From Mobula hypostoma (lineage: Eukaryota), in NCBI RefSeq assembly GCF_963921235.1, contig NC_086108.1, positions 51,524,001 through 51,588,000 of the forward strand: a stretch of DNA of 64,000 bases, in the 5' to 3' direction. Positions 24,191-37,446 of the stretch are shown here, piece after piece; the stretch's first letter is position 1, and each line of letters starts with the position of its first letter. The notes under the pieces were generated by a model that did not search any database, was not told the DNA's origin, and was given only the letters and a program-made list of their open reading frames with translations. Position numbers and translations under genes: made by a program.

Positions 24191-24810
24191 TTCAAGTTCA
24201 AAGTACATTTATTATCAAAGTTTGTATACATTATACAACCATGAGATCCGTCTCCTTACAGGCAGCCACAAAATAAAGAAACCCAAAAGAATCCATTAAA
24301 AAAATGAGGAACATCAAACACCCAATGTGCAAGAAAATAAAACAAATCATGCAAGCAATAAACACAAGAAAACATCATTCTGAACTGAAGTCCACAAAGG
24401 AGAGTCTGTCCACAGACCCTTAGTATAGCACAGAGCAGAGGAGCCCCATCACTCAGACCTTTTCAATCTGGCCTTGAGCCTAAATTGTCATCCAAACATT
24501 GGATTCAGCAATTTCAATATGTTCTGGGGCCTGGATTCCGCCATCTCGATTTGGCATGAACTCGACTTTTTCAATTCAGCCAGGCACTTAAATCAATTGA
24601 ACCTCAGGTCTTTCTCACTCTGGGTGATGGGCCTGCTGCCTTGCCTCGGCTCAGCCACATCAAATTGCCTCCAAGTTCAGAGAAAAGTTACAGGCTTTTG
24701 ATTGCAATGATCATTTACCAGAAAAAAAGCGATTGATGAAGTTGTTTTCTTTGTTTAATTGACCACCAGCCAGAAGTTGCTGAGATTCACCAGTGCCATC
24801 TCAAACCAGA
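24191..24810 (-). mobile_element. SINE-like or non-autonomous retroposon inserted into CR1 ORF2
   Basis: Interrupts CR1 ORF2. Minus-strand end AATAAATGTACTTTGAACTTGAA; minus-strand start gagatggcac; non-coding. Confidence 0.6.
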
Positions 24811-27143
24811 GAAACTGGCCAAAGTTGATTAGAAGGGATGACGCCAGTAGAACAATGACTTGAGTTTCTGGGAGAAATTTGGGAAGTGCAGGATACATGC
24901 ATCCCGAAGAAGTACTGTAGTAGTATTCTGAAGGCAGAATGACACAACCATGGCTGACAAGGAATGTCAAAGCCAACATAAAAGCAAAAATAGAGCAAAA
25001 ATTAGTGTGAAGTTAGAGGATTGAGAAACTTTTAAAAACCAACTGAAGACATCTAAAAGAGTCTGGGGGGGGGGAGGAGGAGATGAAATATGAATGTAAG
25101 CTAGCCAACAATATCAAAGAGGATACCAAAAGTGTTTTCAGATATATGAAGTGTAAAAGAGAGGCGTCATTAGATATTGGTCAACTGGAAAATGACACCG
25201 GAGGGGTAGAATGGGGGACAAGAAAATGGCAGATGAAATGAATAAATATTTTGCATCCGTCTTCACTGTGGAAGTCACTAACAGTATGCCAGAAATTTCA
25301 GAGTCTCAGGTTGCAGAAGTGAGTGCAGTTGCTATTATTAAGGAAAAGGTGCTTGGGAAACCAAAAGGTCTGAAGGTAGCTAAGTCACCTGGACCAGAGG
25401 GACCACACCCTAGGGTTCTGAAAGAGATAACTGAAGAGATTGTGGAGGCATTATTAATTATCTTTCAAGAATCACTAGATTCTGGAATGGTTCCAGAGGA
25501 CCAGAGAATTTCAAATGTCACTCCACTCTTCAAGAAGGGATGGCAGAAGAGTGGAAATTATAGGCCAGTTACTCAGACGTCAGCATTAGGGAAGATGTTG
25601 GAGTAAACCAGAAAGGATGTGATTTCAGGGTACTTGCAAGTACATGATAAAATAGGTCAAAGTCAGCATAGTTTCTCTAAGGGAAAATCTTGCCTGACAA
25701 ATCTGTTAGAATTCTTTGAGGAAATAACAAGCAGGATAAACAAAGGAGAAATGGTGAATGTTGTGTTCTTGGATTTTCAAGCCTTTGACAAGGTGCTGCG
25801 TATAAGGATGCTTAACAAGGTAAGAGCCCGTGGTATTACAGGAAATATACTAGCATGGATAGAGCATTGGCTGATTGTCAGGAGGCAAAGTGAGGGAATG
25901 AAGGGAGCCAGTTCTGGCTGGCTGCCAGTGGCTAGTGGTGTTTGCAGGGGTCAGTGTTGGGAACACTTCGTTTTATGTTGTATGCCAGTGATTTGGATTA
26001 CAGAATTGATGTCTTTGTAGCCAAGTTTGCAGATGCTACAAAGATAGGTGGAGGGGCAGGTAGTGTTGAGGAAGCAGGGAGTCTTCAGAAGGACTTGGAC
26101 AGATTAGGAGAATGGGCAAAGAAGTGTCAGGAAGTGTATGGCTTTGCACTTTGGTAGAAGAAATAAAAGCATAGACTAGTTTCTAGATGGGGAGAAAATT
26201 CAAAAATTTGAAGTTGTAAGAGACTTGGGAGTCCTTGTGCAGGATTCCCTAAAGGTTAATTTGCAGGTTGAGACAGTGGTGAGGAAGGCAAATGGAACAT
26301 TAGTATTCATTTCAAGAGGACTAGAATATAAAAGCAAGGGTGTAATGCTGAGGCTTTATAAGGCATCGGTGAGGCATCACTTGGAGTATTGGGACCAAGA
26401 AAGGATATACTTGACATTGGAGAGGAGGCTCATGAGAATGATTCCAGAATGAAAGGCTTATCATTTGAGGAGCAATTGATGGCCCTGGGCCTTTACATGC
26501 TGGAATTTAGAAGAATACGGGGGTGGTGAGGATCATATTGAAACCTATCGGATGTTGAAAGGCCCAGATAGAGTGGATGTGGAGAGGATGTTTCCTGTAG
26601 TTAGTGAGTCTCGGACCAGAGTAGAGGGATGTCTATTTAGAACAGAGATGAGGAAGAATTCCTTTAGGCAGAGGGTGGTGAATCTGAGGAATTTGTTGCT
26701 GCAGGTGGCTGTGGAGGCCAGGTCAATGTGTGTGTTTATGGCAGAGATTGTTAGGTTCTTAATTAGATAGGGCATGAAAAGTTACAGGAAGAAGGTCAAG
26801 GATGGGGTTGAAAGAGAGATAGATCAGCCATGATGAAATGGCAGAGCAGACTTCATGGGTTGAATGGCCTAATTCAGCTCCTATGTCTTGTTATTGATGC
26901 TAAACTGACCTACTGGTACTCTGTTTGATTCAAAAGACTGTATGTCTGAAATGTTCCGGTAGGTGCAATAAACATTAATTTAGCAGATTATCTCCCAGAT
27001 GATCATTAGTTTCTACCCCCTATCTCCTGGACTCCTGGTACACAATTCCACTTGCTTTCTTCCTTACATAATCACTGGAGCCAAACTGGTCTTTGCCCAT
27101 GTGCAAAATGGGCATGAATAAATTAGCAACATGTTTCACATAC

Positions 27144-27288
27144 CGTTTCATTTTTGTTTCTTTGATAATGGAGACTTGGGCACATGCAAAATGAGTTGCC
27201 ACATCATTATTACTTGTTTTGTGCAAAGTCCAAAAAATAATCTTATCCCCAGTTCGAATTACACTTTCCTTTTGGAAGAACTTCTTGC
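27144..27288 (-). CDS. Candidate internal coding exon, unidentified
   Basis: AG acceptor, ACG|gtatgt donor, open frame KKFFQKESVIRTGDKIIFWTLHKTSNNDVATHFACAQVSIIKETKMK in non-repeat DNA. Confidence 0.22.
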
Positions 27289-29401
27289 CTTTTCATAAAC
27301 GTTATATACAATACTGTAATATAATATTCAAGCCTATAAATCAATTTTAGATCATTAAGTATTCTTCTTTAAAGAGCTAATATTTTAAGATGCTTAAAGC
27401 ACCTTCCTGAGGCAATCTGGTCACATAAATTGCTGAACATTTGACTCCAAAATTAGTGATTGAGAATCAGAATCCCAAGGCCGTCCATCACTGAGAAATG
27501 TTTACTTCATTAGAGTTAGTTCAAAGAACTGAGACACTGAAACAAAATGTTAATGTTTTGAAGTGAAAGAAGGAAGAACAGTTGCTGTGGTCCAACTCAA
27601 CATGATTGAATTGCACCACCCAATTAGATGATCACAAAGCAGTGGATATGTTCATGGAGACATCCGCAGCTCAGACTACTCCCCACCCTCCAGGCTAAGC
27701 AATAAGTATGAAGGACAGGCAAAAATCAAAAATGAAAACATGTCTATTTTAATAACACTCTTCCATTGGTGTTGTTGGAAATACTAAATAGTGATGCAAC
27801 CCTTCAAGCATTTCTGACTCCTCTCCCATTTTGTGCGGTTTCATATATGGGTATGAATATGCAATGGACTTTCTTGACATTTACATCAAACTTCATTCAC
27901 ACAAGATGACATTTATACAAAGTCTGCTACCAGGAAAGTTACCTGGTCTGCAAAAATTCCACATTGGAAATTCTGGCATAAACTCTCTGTAATTTTCCAC
28001 TTTCCATTTGTTGCCACTTCAAACATACGTATGCTCTCAGCAAGAAACGTAGTGCCAGGTCGTAAAATCGAGGCTAAATGAGACTTACGACACAGTCGTC
28101 TTCAGTGATAGTGTTCTGCATGGGTTCTGTCATACTCTGCAGACAAGCAGAAAGACAGCCAGAAGTAGCAAAAGAGAAATGTCACTGGCTTGATTGGCTG
28201 TTGTTTTGCATAAATTTTGGAAACATTTGAGGAGAGAAGATTAAATTTACAAATAAAGAAAAGGATGTATATTCATGAACATATGTGAACTATAATAAAT
28301 TTCTTCTTAAATTAGCAATATTTAAATAAGTTTGTTGGTAGGTTGAACTCATTCATGGAGACTTAATCACAGTGCACAATTGTGATAGTTACCAAATATT
28401 ATTGCAGTGAAATTCTAAAGGTTGGGTCACTAAAGTTCAATGGCTTTAATTGTTTATTTCTTCTTAAATTTGTGTACATTGGGTTCTTACTGTTTTGTAT
28501 GAAGAGAATTTTTCAATACTCCCCTAAAACTCAGCACAAGACATATGGGGCTAGAAATCCAATAGTCCAGAATTGATGAAATAGGACTATAAAGATTATC
28601 TGTACTAATTTGTCCCAGTGTCACTAAGATGAATTTCCTTACGTGCACGTCTATGAGGACTTGGGCGAACAGAAGCATTTTTCCTATTAACATGCATCAT
28701 GTGACTTATTTCAGTCATCCTAAGCACCTGTTGAATTTAACTGATGCTGATTTATGTCATGCCTACACCTTTTAAAGAGGTGACTAATGAAATGAACCAC
28801 TGCTGAAAGTCAATGGAATACACTGGTAATAACAAGTGCAGGAGAAGACACTCCATTTCATTGATCTCCTTTCCTCCCCAGAGCACGAGGTCAGGCACCA
28901 ATTCTACCCAAGAATTTTCAGAAACTATTTAGGATGGGAGGATCACAAGATGGAGACGAATGAGCATACACATGAAGATGCTTGGGTAATGTTTACCTCA
29001 CCCAAGTAGCTGCCTGGGCTGTGAAGGAGCATGAGAGAGTCCAGACCTTACTTTACACAAGCTTTGGATTGAGCTGGGAGCTTATTCCTTCCACATGGAA
29101 GCAGTACTCAATGAAAATCCAGCTCTGATTTGGCATCTGATGGTTGAGGTCACAGTTCCCACTGCAGCAGAATGAAATTCCATCTCATGTATGAGTTCTG
29201 CACTGGAAGCTCCAACCTTGCATTATGCCTCTGGATTGTGGGAGACTTTGGGCATGTCACCACATCTCAGTCCTATCCATCAGTTAGTCCTCCAGCGGAT
29301 TACTTGGTGACAGCGTGCAGAATAATCTACTGGGGCTCCCACCATTACTTCCCAATTGTTGCTGTTGTCGGGTTAATGCAAAACAATATATTTTCTCCTT
29401 G

Positions 29402-29669
29402 ATCCTCTCATATCCCTTTTGCCAATCACCTGTCCAGCTCTTGGCTCCATCCCTCCCCCTGCTGTCTTCTCCCATCATTTTAGATCTCCCCCTCCCCCTC
29501 CCATTTTCAAATCTCTTACCAGCTCTTCCTTCAGTTAGTCCTGACGAAGGTTCTCGGCCTGAAACGTCGACTGTACCTCTTCCTAGAGTTGCTGCCTGGC
29601 CTGCTGCGTTCACCAGCAACTTTGATGGGTGTTGCTTGAATTTCCAGCATCTGCAGAATTCCTTGTGTT
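29402..29669 (+). mobile_element. Penelope-like element terminal fragment with hammerhead motif (29537-29572)
   Basis: Highly similar to the copies at 33.1, 42.2 and 48.9 kb; 15-bp TSD TATATTTTCTCCTTG (29387-29401 / 29670-29684). Confidence 0.85.
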
Positions 29670-29924
29670 TATATTTTCTCCTTGGTTTGGTTCACTGTCA
29701 ACATTATTTGTACTGTCAGTACTAGCTCAGGAGGAAACATCCTACTTTATATCTGTGCTGTTGAACCTTCTAAGAGTAATGTACATTTCAATGAAATCAG
29801 CACTTGTTCCTCTAGATTCTGGAGAAAAAAAAGGCCTAGCCTACATGATCTCTCCTCAGCCGATGATCAATCATCCCTGGAATCATTGTTGCACTCCCTC
29901 TCCAGTAAGTACATCATTCTTTTC

Positions 29925-30410
29925 AGGTTCACAAAAATTATTCCAGTTTTGAATGGCTTGTCATATGAAGAGCGTTTGTTGGCTCTGGGCCTGTATTCAC
30001 TGGAATTCAGAAGAATAAGGAGTGACCTCATTGAAATCTACTGAAGGGTGAAAAACCTTGATAGAGTGGATGTGGAGAGGATTTTTATTATATGGTGGTA
30101 GAGTCCAAGACCAGAGGACACAGCCTCAGAATAGAGAGGCACTCTTTTAGAATAGAGATGAGGAGTTGTTTCTTTAGCCAGAGAGTGGTGAATCTGGGGA
30201 ATTCATTGCCACAGGCAGCTGTGGAGGCCAAGTCATTGGGTATATTTAAGGCAGAGGTTGATAAGATTCTTGATTGGTCAGGGCATGAAGGGATATGGGG
30301 AGAAGGCAGAGACTGGGTCTGAGAGAAAAATTGGATCAGCCATGATGAAATGGCAGAAGAGACTCAATGGGCCAGATGGCCTAATTCAGCTCCTGTATCT
30401 TATGTATTAT
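29925..30410 (+). mobile_element. CR1 3' fragment inserted in an older minus-strand CR1 remnant (~29720-30700)
   Basis: LSYEERLLALGLYSLEFRR, FFSQRVVNLGNSLP, and a CR1 3' UTR. Confidence 0.85.
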
Positions 30411-30869
30411 TCTTTTGTTAACAGTCTGAATTCAATATTACAAACATAGTCTCACCAAGGTCTTACAGAACTGTAGAAAGGCAACTTTGCTCTTGTACTT
30501 AAATGAAAACCAACATACTATTTACCTTCCCAAATGCCTGTTGCCTCTACCCATTGGCTTTCAGTGCTTTACAAACTAAACACTGAAGTCCCTTTATATA
30601 TCAACATTTCTCTGTCTCTTATAATTTAAAAGTATTAGCATTTGTTTACTCCAGCAAAGTGGAGAATCTCACCTTTATAAATCATATTGCACTCCAAATT
30701 CCATTGTTTTGCCAAACATTGTGGGATGGCCTTGATGGCACCAGAATGTGTGACGACCCTTGCACTCTGCCCCCAGCACATTGTTACGTTGTGCTGGGTG
30801 TTAACACATTTCTTTGTATGTTATGATGTACGTGCGATCAATAAATGGTTCCAAAATTGAATCTGCAAA

Positions 30870-33800
30870 TTAGGATTTGTATCTGATCCAGCAGTCTTCT
30901 GGCAGCACATTCCAGATATCATCCACTCTCTATGTAAAAGCTTACTCCTCTGATATCCTTTCAATTTCCTGTATTTCACACTAAAGCCATGTTCTTTTGT
31001 TTTCAATACCTAATCATGGGAGAAATACTGTATGCTGACCATCTTCACATTCATCAACACATAATCTTATATACTTTATTATACTTTGCTTCAAGGAAAA
31101 TAAACCTAGCCTGTTCAATCCCTCCTCATAATTGAAATTGTCTGGCTCAGGCGACAACCCGATTAATGGCTTTTGTACCCTGTCCAGCACATTCACATTC
31201 ATCCTATAATGTGGTGACCAAAACTGCACACAATATTCCGTGCAGCCTATCAAAACTAATGTTTTGATAATTTGCAGCATAATGTTCCAACTCATATGTT
31301 TTCTACCCTGAATTATGAAGACAAGCTTGTCATCTGCCTTCTGTGACAGTCAAGGTCATAATTCACAGCAGCAGAATTAGGCCTTTGAGCTCATCAGGTC
31401 TGCTCTCCCATTCAGTCAGGTTTGATTTATTTTCCCTCCCAATCCCATTCTTCTGCCTTTTCTCCATAACGTTTGATGCCCTTACTAATCAAAAACCCAT
31501 TGAACTCCACTTAAATACACCCAAAGACTTGGCCTTTACAGCCATCTGTGGCAATGAATTCCACAGATTCACCACCCTCTCCCTGAAGAAATTTCTCCTC
31601 ATTTCTGTTCTGAAGGGATGCCATTGCATTCTGAGGTTGTGCCCGCTGGTCTTAGACTTTCCCCACTGTTGAAAACATCCTCTCCATGTCCTCTCTATCC
31701 AGACCTTTCAATACTTGGTAGATTTCATTTGTAAAAGCTTCCCAGTCCTCTAGCTTCCCAGTATTTTTTGCTATATTGTATGCACCCTTCTTTGCTTTGT
31801 CACCTTCTTGACTTGAGCATCAACTTTCAGGGAATAATGGTCTCATCAACATTCCTTAGTGCCTTGCCTTTTATTACTTTTGTTCTATGCTATCTGTTTT
31901 CCCAAAATGCAACACTTCACACTCGTTGGGATTAAATTCCATTTGCCAACACTCTGCCCAATTTTCAACTGATTTATATCTTGCTGAGGGCTTAGACAAC
32001 CTTCCTCCCTATCCACATCACCACCAATTTCCTTGTCATCCACATACTGATCATAACTTCTACAGTTGCATCCAAGTTATCAATGTTTATTACAAACAAG
32101 TCCCAGCACCAATCCCTCTACTACACTATTATTCATAAAGCTCCAACCACAAAAACATCTTTCCACCACTGCTCTCTACCTCCTATTAACATGCCAATTT
32201 GCCACCTCACCTTGGACCCTATGTGTCTTAATTTTCTTAACCAGCTTATCAAATGCCTTATTAAAGTGGAAATCAAAAGCATTATTCTTCTTAGTTATCT
32301 CCTAAAGAAATTCCGTCAAATTGGTGAGCTTGGATTTCACTTTCACAAAACCACATGGACTATCTTTGCCTCTGCCTTCCCAAATGTACATAATTCTGTC
32401 CCTTATGATTTTTCCCAGTAATTTACTTATCACTGACTTCGGGCTCACCGGCTTATAGTTTCCTGTCTTCCTTCTTTTTAAATAAGGGACGACATTAGCT
32501 GTCCGCCAGCCTTTTGGTACCTCACCCATGGCTAACAAAGGTGCATTAACCTCCAAGAGTTCTCCAGAAATATTTGCCATAATGGTTTTGAATAGATCTC
32601 AATCCAGTCTTAGGCATTATAAGAATCCAACACCCCAACTTCTTAATACCTGTATAATCCAAACAACCAATAAATCCCTCCAAAAGTTCACTATCCTCCA
32701 CATCTTCCTCCTTTGTAAATATAAACAAGAAATCTTCATTTAGAATCTCACCTACTTCCCAAAGCTCCACGTCTGGAATTTGCCTTTTGGGCCATTGTTT
32801 CCCTTGCTTCTCTCTTGCTCATATGACAGGATACTCTTTAATCTTACCTGCCATGACTGTGGTCATATTTCATAACTTGTTTTTGTCCTCCCAATTTCCT
32901 CCTTAAGTGCTCTCCTTTATCCTCTATATTCCTCAAGGAATTCCCTTGATTTTAGTTGCCTATATTTGTTGCATGGTCCTTATTTTTTTCTCATCAAACC
33001 TTCAGTATCTTTTGTCATTCACAGATCCCTACTCTTTGCCTTTCACATCCACCAGAATATACTGACCCGGAATTCTTAGCAACTCTCTTCTAAAATACTC
33101 CAAGCAACACACATAAAAGTTGCTGGTGAACGCAGCAGGCCAGGCAGCATATCTAGGAAGAGGTGCAGTCGACGTTTCAGGCCGAGACCCTTCGTCAGGA
33201 CTAACTGAAGGAAGAGTGAGTAAGGGATTTGAAAGTTGGAGGGGGAGGGGGAGATCCAAAATGATAGGAGAAGACAGGAGGGGGAGGAATGGAGCCAAGA
33301 GCTGGACAGGTGATAGGCAAAAGGGATACGAGAGGATCATGGGACAGGAGGTCCGGGAAGAAAGACGGGGGGAGGGGGGGAGGGGGGGAGGGACCCAGAG
33401 GATGGGCAAGGGGTATATACAGAGGGACAGAGGGAGAAAAAGGAGAGTGAGAGAAAGAATGTGTGTATAAAAATAAGTAACAGATGGGGTACAAGGGGGA
33501 GGTGGGGCATTAGCGGAAGTTAGAGAAGTCGATGTTCATGCCATCAGGTTGGAGGTTACCCAGACAGAATATAAGGTGTTGTTCCTCCAACCTGAGTGTG
33601 GCTTCATCTTTACAGTAGAGGAGGCATGGATAGACATGTCAGAATGGGAATGGGATGTGGAATTAAAATGTGTGGCCACTGGGAGATCCTGCTTTCTCCG
33701 GCGGACAGAGCGTAGATGTTCAGCAAAGCGGTCTCCCAGTCTGCGTCGGGTCTCGCCAATATATAAAAGGCCACATCGGGAGCACCGGACGCAGTATATC

Positions 33801-34395
33801 ACCCCAGCTGACTCACAGGTGAAGTGTTGCCTCACCTGGAAGGACTGTTTGGGGCCCTGAATGGTGGTAAGGGAGGAAGTGTAAGGGCATGTGTAGCACT
33901 TGTTCCGCTTACACGGATAAGCCTGTCAGATGTTATTCAACCCACAAGCACCTGCTATCAACCTACTTTTACCTCTTCGTCTCTTGGGCCTTCCCTCATT
34001 TAGGGTCTTAACATGAGAAGCAACCTCATTGCTTTCCCCATCTATCTTGACACCTGCAGAAACTTAGGCACTGTTTCCGAAGTGTCTCCCAATCAACAGT
34101 TCCACGTCCTGCCATTCCTAAGATGAAATCAACTACAGCCCTTTCTCTGGTAGGACTATCTACCCATCATCTTAGTAAAAAAGAAAAACCACCTTGGATG
34201 CACTCAACAAAACCTGCACCATCCAGACACTTAAACTCAGGCAATCCCAGTCAACATGAGGAAAGTTTAAAATCCTACCCTTCCAGAACCTGCTGCTTTT
34301 ACATGTTCTGTAGTTTGCTTTTATATCTGTTCCTCTAATTCTTATTGATTACTGGGAGGCCCATAGTATAACCACTGCAATAGTGATCACCCCTC
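30870..34395 (-). mobile_element. Old degenerate CR1-type LINE, with a nested CR1 3' fragment (~31355-31730) and a Penelope-like insertion
   Basis: Remnant ORFs EYCVQFWSPHYR and WRTANVVPYLK…NYKPVS. Confidence 0.7.
33101..33920 (-). mobile_element. Penelope-like retroelement 3' part: GIY-YIG endonuclease remnant plus terminal repeat with hammerhead motif (33167-33202)
   Basis: ORF 33536-33835 reads HFTCESAGVIYCVRCSRCGLLYIGETRRRLGDRFAEH…VATHFN, a Penelope-type GIY-YIG with CxxC; one frameshift downstream. Confidence 0.92.
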
Positions 34396-34397
34396 TC

Positions 34398-34826
34398 AAA
34401 GTTTAATCTAAAAAATATTATCAGAGTACATACATGTCACCACATATAACCCTGAGATTGTTTTTCTGCAGGCATACTTAGCAAATCTATAGAACAGTAA
34501 CTGTAAACAGAATCAATGAACAACAAATTGTGCAAATGCAAATACAATTAGTTGGCAATAAATAACAAGAGCATGAAATAACAAGATAAAGAGTCCTTAA
34601 AATGAGTCCATCAGATGTGGAGACATCAGAAATAGAATGGGTGTAGCTATCCCTATTGCTCAAGAGCCTGATGGTTGAGAGGTAGTAACTGTCCTTGAAC
34701 TTGGTGGTGTGAGTCCTGAGGTTCTTGTACCTTCTACCTGACGACAGCAGCGAAAGAAAGAGCATGGCCTGGGTGGTGAGGATTTTTGATGATGGATGCT
34801 GCTTTTCTACAGCAATGTTTCACATA
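34398..34826 (-). mobile_element. Rex/L2-type LINE 3' fragment
   Basis: LLSSGRRYKNLRTHTTKFKDSYY and a 3' UTR. Confidence 0.7.
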
Positions 34827-35167
34827 GCAAAATTCTGATGTTCCATTCAAATGGCTTCATTGAACAATACCTCCACTATTTCCTCTCTACATATTGCTCT
34901 GATGGTCTTCAGTCATAAGCAAAGTCACTCCCCTCTTCTTCTGCATTTCCCTCAGTATATCCCAGAATTCTTTTCACTCAGCCTGTCCAGATCATCTTGG
35001 AGTCTATTTTTCATCCACTTCACTACTGAAATTCCCACCTGGTTTCATGCTATTAACAAATTTGGAAATATATTTGATTCGTTAATTCTTCCTCACTTTC
35101 TCTGCAATATCTCTTCAATGGAAGAAATCTGAGTCAATCCTTTTCAATCACATTATTATTTTCTGGA

Positions 35168-35352
35168 AACAACAGGAATTCTGCAGATGCTGGAAATTCA
35201 AGCAACACACATCAAAGTTGCTGGTGAACGCAGCAGGCCAGGCAGCATCTCTAGGAAGAGGTACAGTTGACGTTTCAGGCCAAGACCCTTCGTCAGGACT
35301 AACACTGACGAAGGGTCTCGGCCTGAAACGTCGACTGTACCTTTTCCTAGAG
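35168..35352. mobile_element. 185-bp Penelope-derived mini-element with an inverted duplication of the hammerhead segment
   Basis: 13-bp TSD ATTATTTTCTGGA (35155-35167 / 35353-35365); ~50-bp inverted arms around an 8-nt spacer (gactaaca). Confidence 0.88.
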
Positions 35353-35631
35353 ATTATTTTCTGGACATCACATTCATTATCATAGATTTTTATAATTTCC
35401 CCAAATTATAAATGCAGAACAACATGTCAGCAATTCATGTTTTTTTCTTTTCCCCCTTTATTAAATTGAGGGTCTTAGTTGCTACCCTCTGGTGTGCAGG
35501 CATTCATTCCAGAATCCAGATTTCTGAAAAATAGCTGGAGCATCAACCAAGTCCACAGTCACCTCCTTATAAAACTCTGAGATATATTATAACATTTGTC
35601 CTTGTGATTAGTCGTTCATAAACTTCACCAG

Positions 35632-35860
35632 CCTCTTCATTCATAGAAATGGGGATATTGCGAAGGTCAGTAAACCTGTTCGAACTGAAAATTAACGTAC
35701 AGTATTGCATTATGTCCATTTGAAAAGAATTTTTACTTCTAACAGTACTAGGTCGGAACTAATGACTTTTCCAACTAATGCACAAGCCAAGAGAACATCA
35801 TCTGAGTTCCGCAGTGTTGGCACCAATACCATTTTCAAATGGCCTCAACTGATGCAGTAG
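35632..35860 (+). CDS. Candidate last two coding exons (35632-35665, 35746-35860) of an unidentified host gene
   Basis: cttcaccag acceptor, AAG|gtcagt donor, 80-nt intron ending tttttacttctaacag. Phases join in frame to SSFIEMGILRSTRSELMTFPTNAQAKRTSSEFRSVGTNTIFKWPQLMQ*. No homology recognised. Confidence 0.25.
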
Positions 35861-37446
35861 TTTGTACTGTAGAGTAGCTTGCAACACCTTCATCCTGAAA
35901 GTGTTGGCTCAAGATGGAGCAGGAACAGCATCAAGTACTTCAGCCAATTTTGATTTGTGGAAGTCTGAGAACAGAACATCAGTAAACTTGTTTTATTATC
36001 CTTGGGAGGAAGGAATCTGAATCTGATCCACAAAAAAAAGCTCCTTGCAAAATGGAAGTGGAGTTCATTTGATGGTAAGCATGCATGGAAACCCTGACGA
36101 GTTCTATCATGTATTTAGCCTGTGACCCAGTATAGGCCTTCACCAAATTCACAGAATAAGTAGGAAAGCAAACATCAAAATTTCTGTCACACTGAGCAAA
36201 GCATTTACTCTTCAAACGATCAGAGAATCTTAAAATATTACGAGTTTCTTGTTTAAATATGCAGTGCAGCATCAGTTATTCCTCACAAAGAAAAGAAAAT
36301 CATACATGCAAGCATTCATAAAGTTGGTTCAATAGGGGAAAAGATTAACCTTGCTTGTCAAAATCAATTGCTGGTTTTTAAGATCACTTACTTTTTTCAA
36401 CATATAATTTTTTTCAATGATCAAAAAATGGCCTTTGATTTTGTGAGTAGATCGATAGATCTTGGTGGTGTTGCAGCTGTCACAGATCAGACTGAAAGCT
36501 GTGACAGCATTTGATGCAGCTGAAAGGAAGGGTTCGGACTAATGGCCTTTCATAAATACAGTTCCACTCTTACTTCTGGAAATGTTACGAAACTTAAATA
36601 AGCCTGACTTCTCAAACCAAAAGTAGAGAAAAAATTCATGTCATGTGCCATGTACCTCCAGCAGATTAATTGCCCCAACAGTAGGCGCCTTGGTTTTGAT
36701 TTTGCACTTCCCTCAAGGCACAGTCTGGGCTGCTCTGTTCAAACCACTACTTCAACTTTTCTTATTAATGTCTTAGCTGTCCCCTCCCCCAGACTTTCCC
36801 TTCCCCCAAGTGATGCTAGCCATTGAACAACTTCTTAAGTATAAATTACACTACCTCTCCATTTCAGTCATCATATTAAATCAACATTTTATGGAACTAC
36901 AAAGCACGATGAAAAGATTAAAAATCTGTTGGCAATTGTTTCATTAAGTCCATAGATGCGAATAGAATGAGTATTAAAAACAGTTCCCAATCCCTTTCGG
37001 TAAAATACAGCTTTCATTTAGAAAGCAATCAAGTGATTACAATTAAACTTTTCCATAAATCACACTGACATTCCTTCTTCACTTCTCAATATTTCACCTT
37101 GCTTTGAGTAATCCAACCCAATTTTAGTTCCAGTGACTGAGAGGTCAAATTTCAGTATGAAAAGCTTGATGTGTTCATGCTAAAACAGGGAACTTCTTTT
37201 ATTTAAAGAAATGTACATTTAACAGGATTTACTCACATTTGATGAATTTTGTTGATTAAAATAAGTACAGTATATGGTAATAATAGAGGTATTAATAATT
37301 GCATGGCTACCAATACAAAGGGAGACATTTATATTTGGAAAAATATTGATGGGAGCGTTGTTTAAATATTAACAGTAAGCTGTGGAAGTTGTTACATTGC
37401 AACTATTAACAAAGAAATACTTTAAAAATTATTCCCTACTCTAAAT

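Larger units (their letters stand above)
21130..26892 (+). mobile_element. Near full-length degenerate CR1 LINE (5' UTR, ORF1 with esterase domain, ORF2 EN-RT, 3' UTR)
   Basis: ORF1 remnants: Cys-finger-like region at ~22440-22560 and SGNH esterase blocks VIGDSIVR, VLVHIGTNDI, DRLQLHP. ORF2 remnants GITESWL, IYRPL, MGDFN, KSPGPEG, KFADATK. Interrupted at 21255-22331 and ~24191-24810. The 5' boundary is approximate. Confidence 0.88.
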
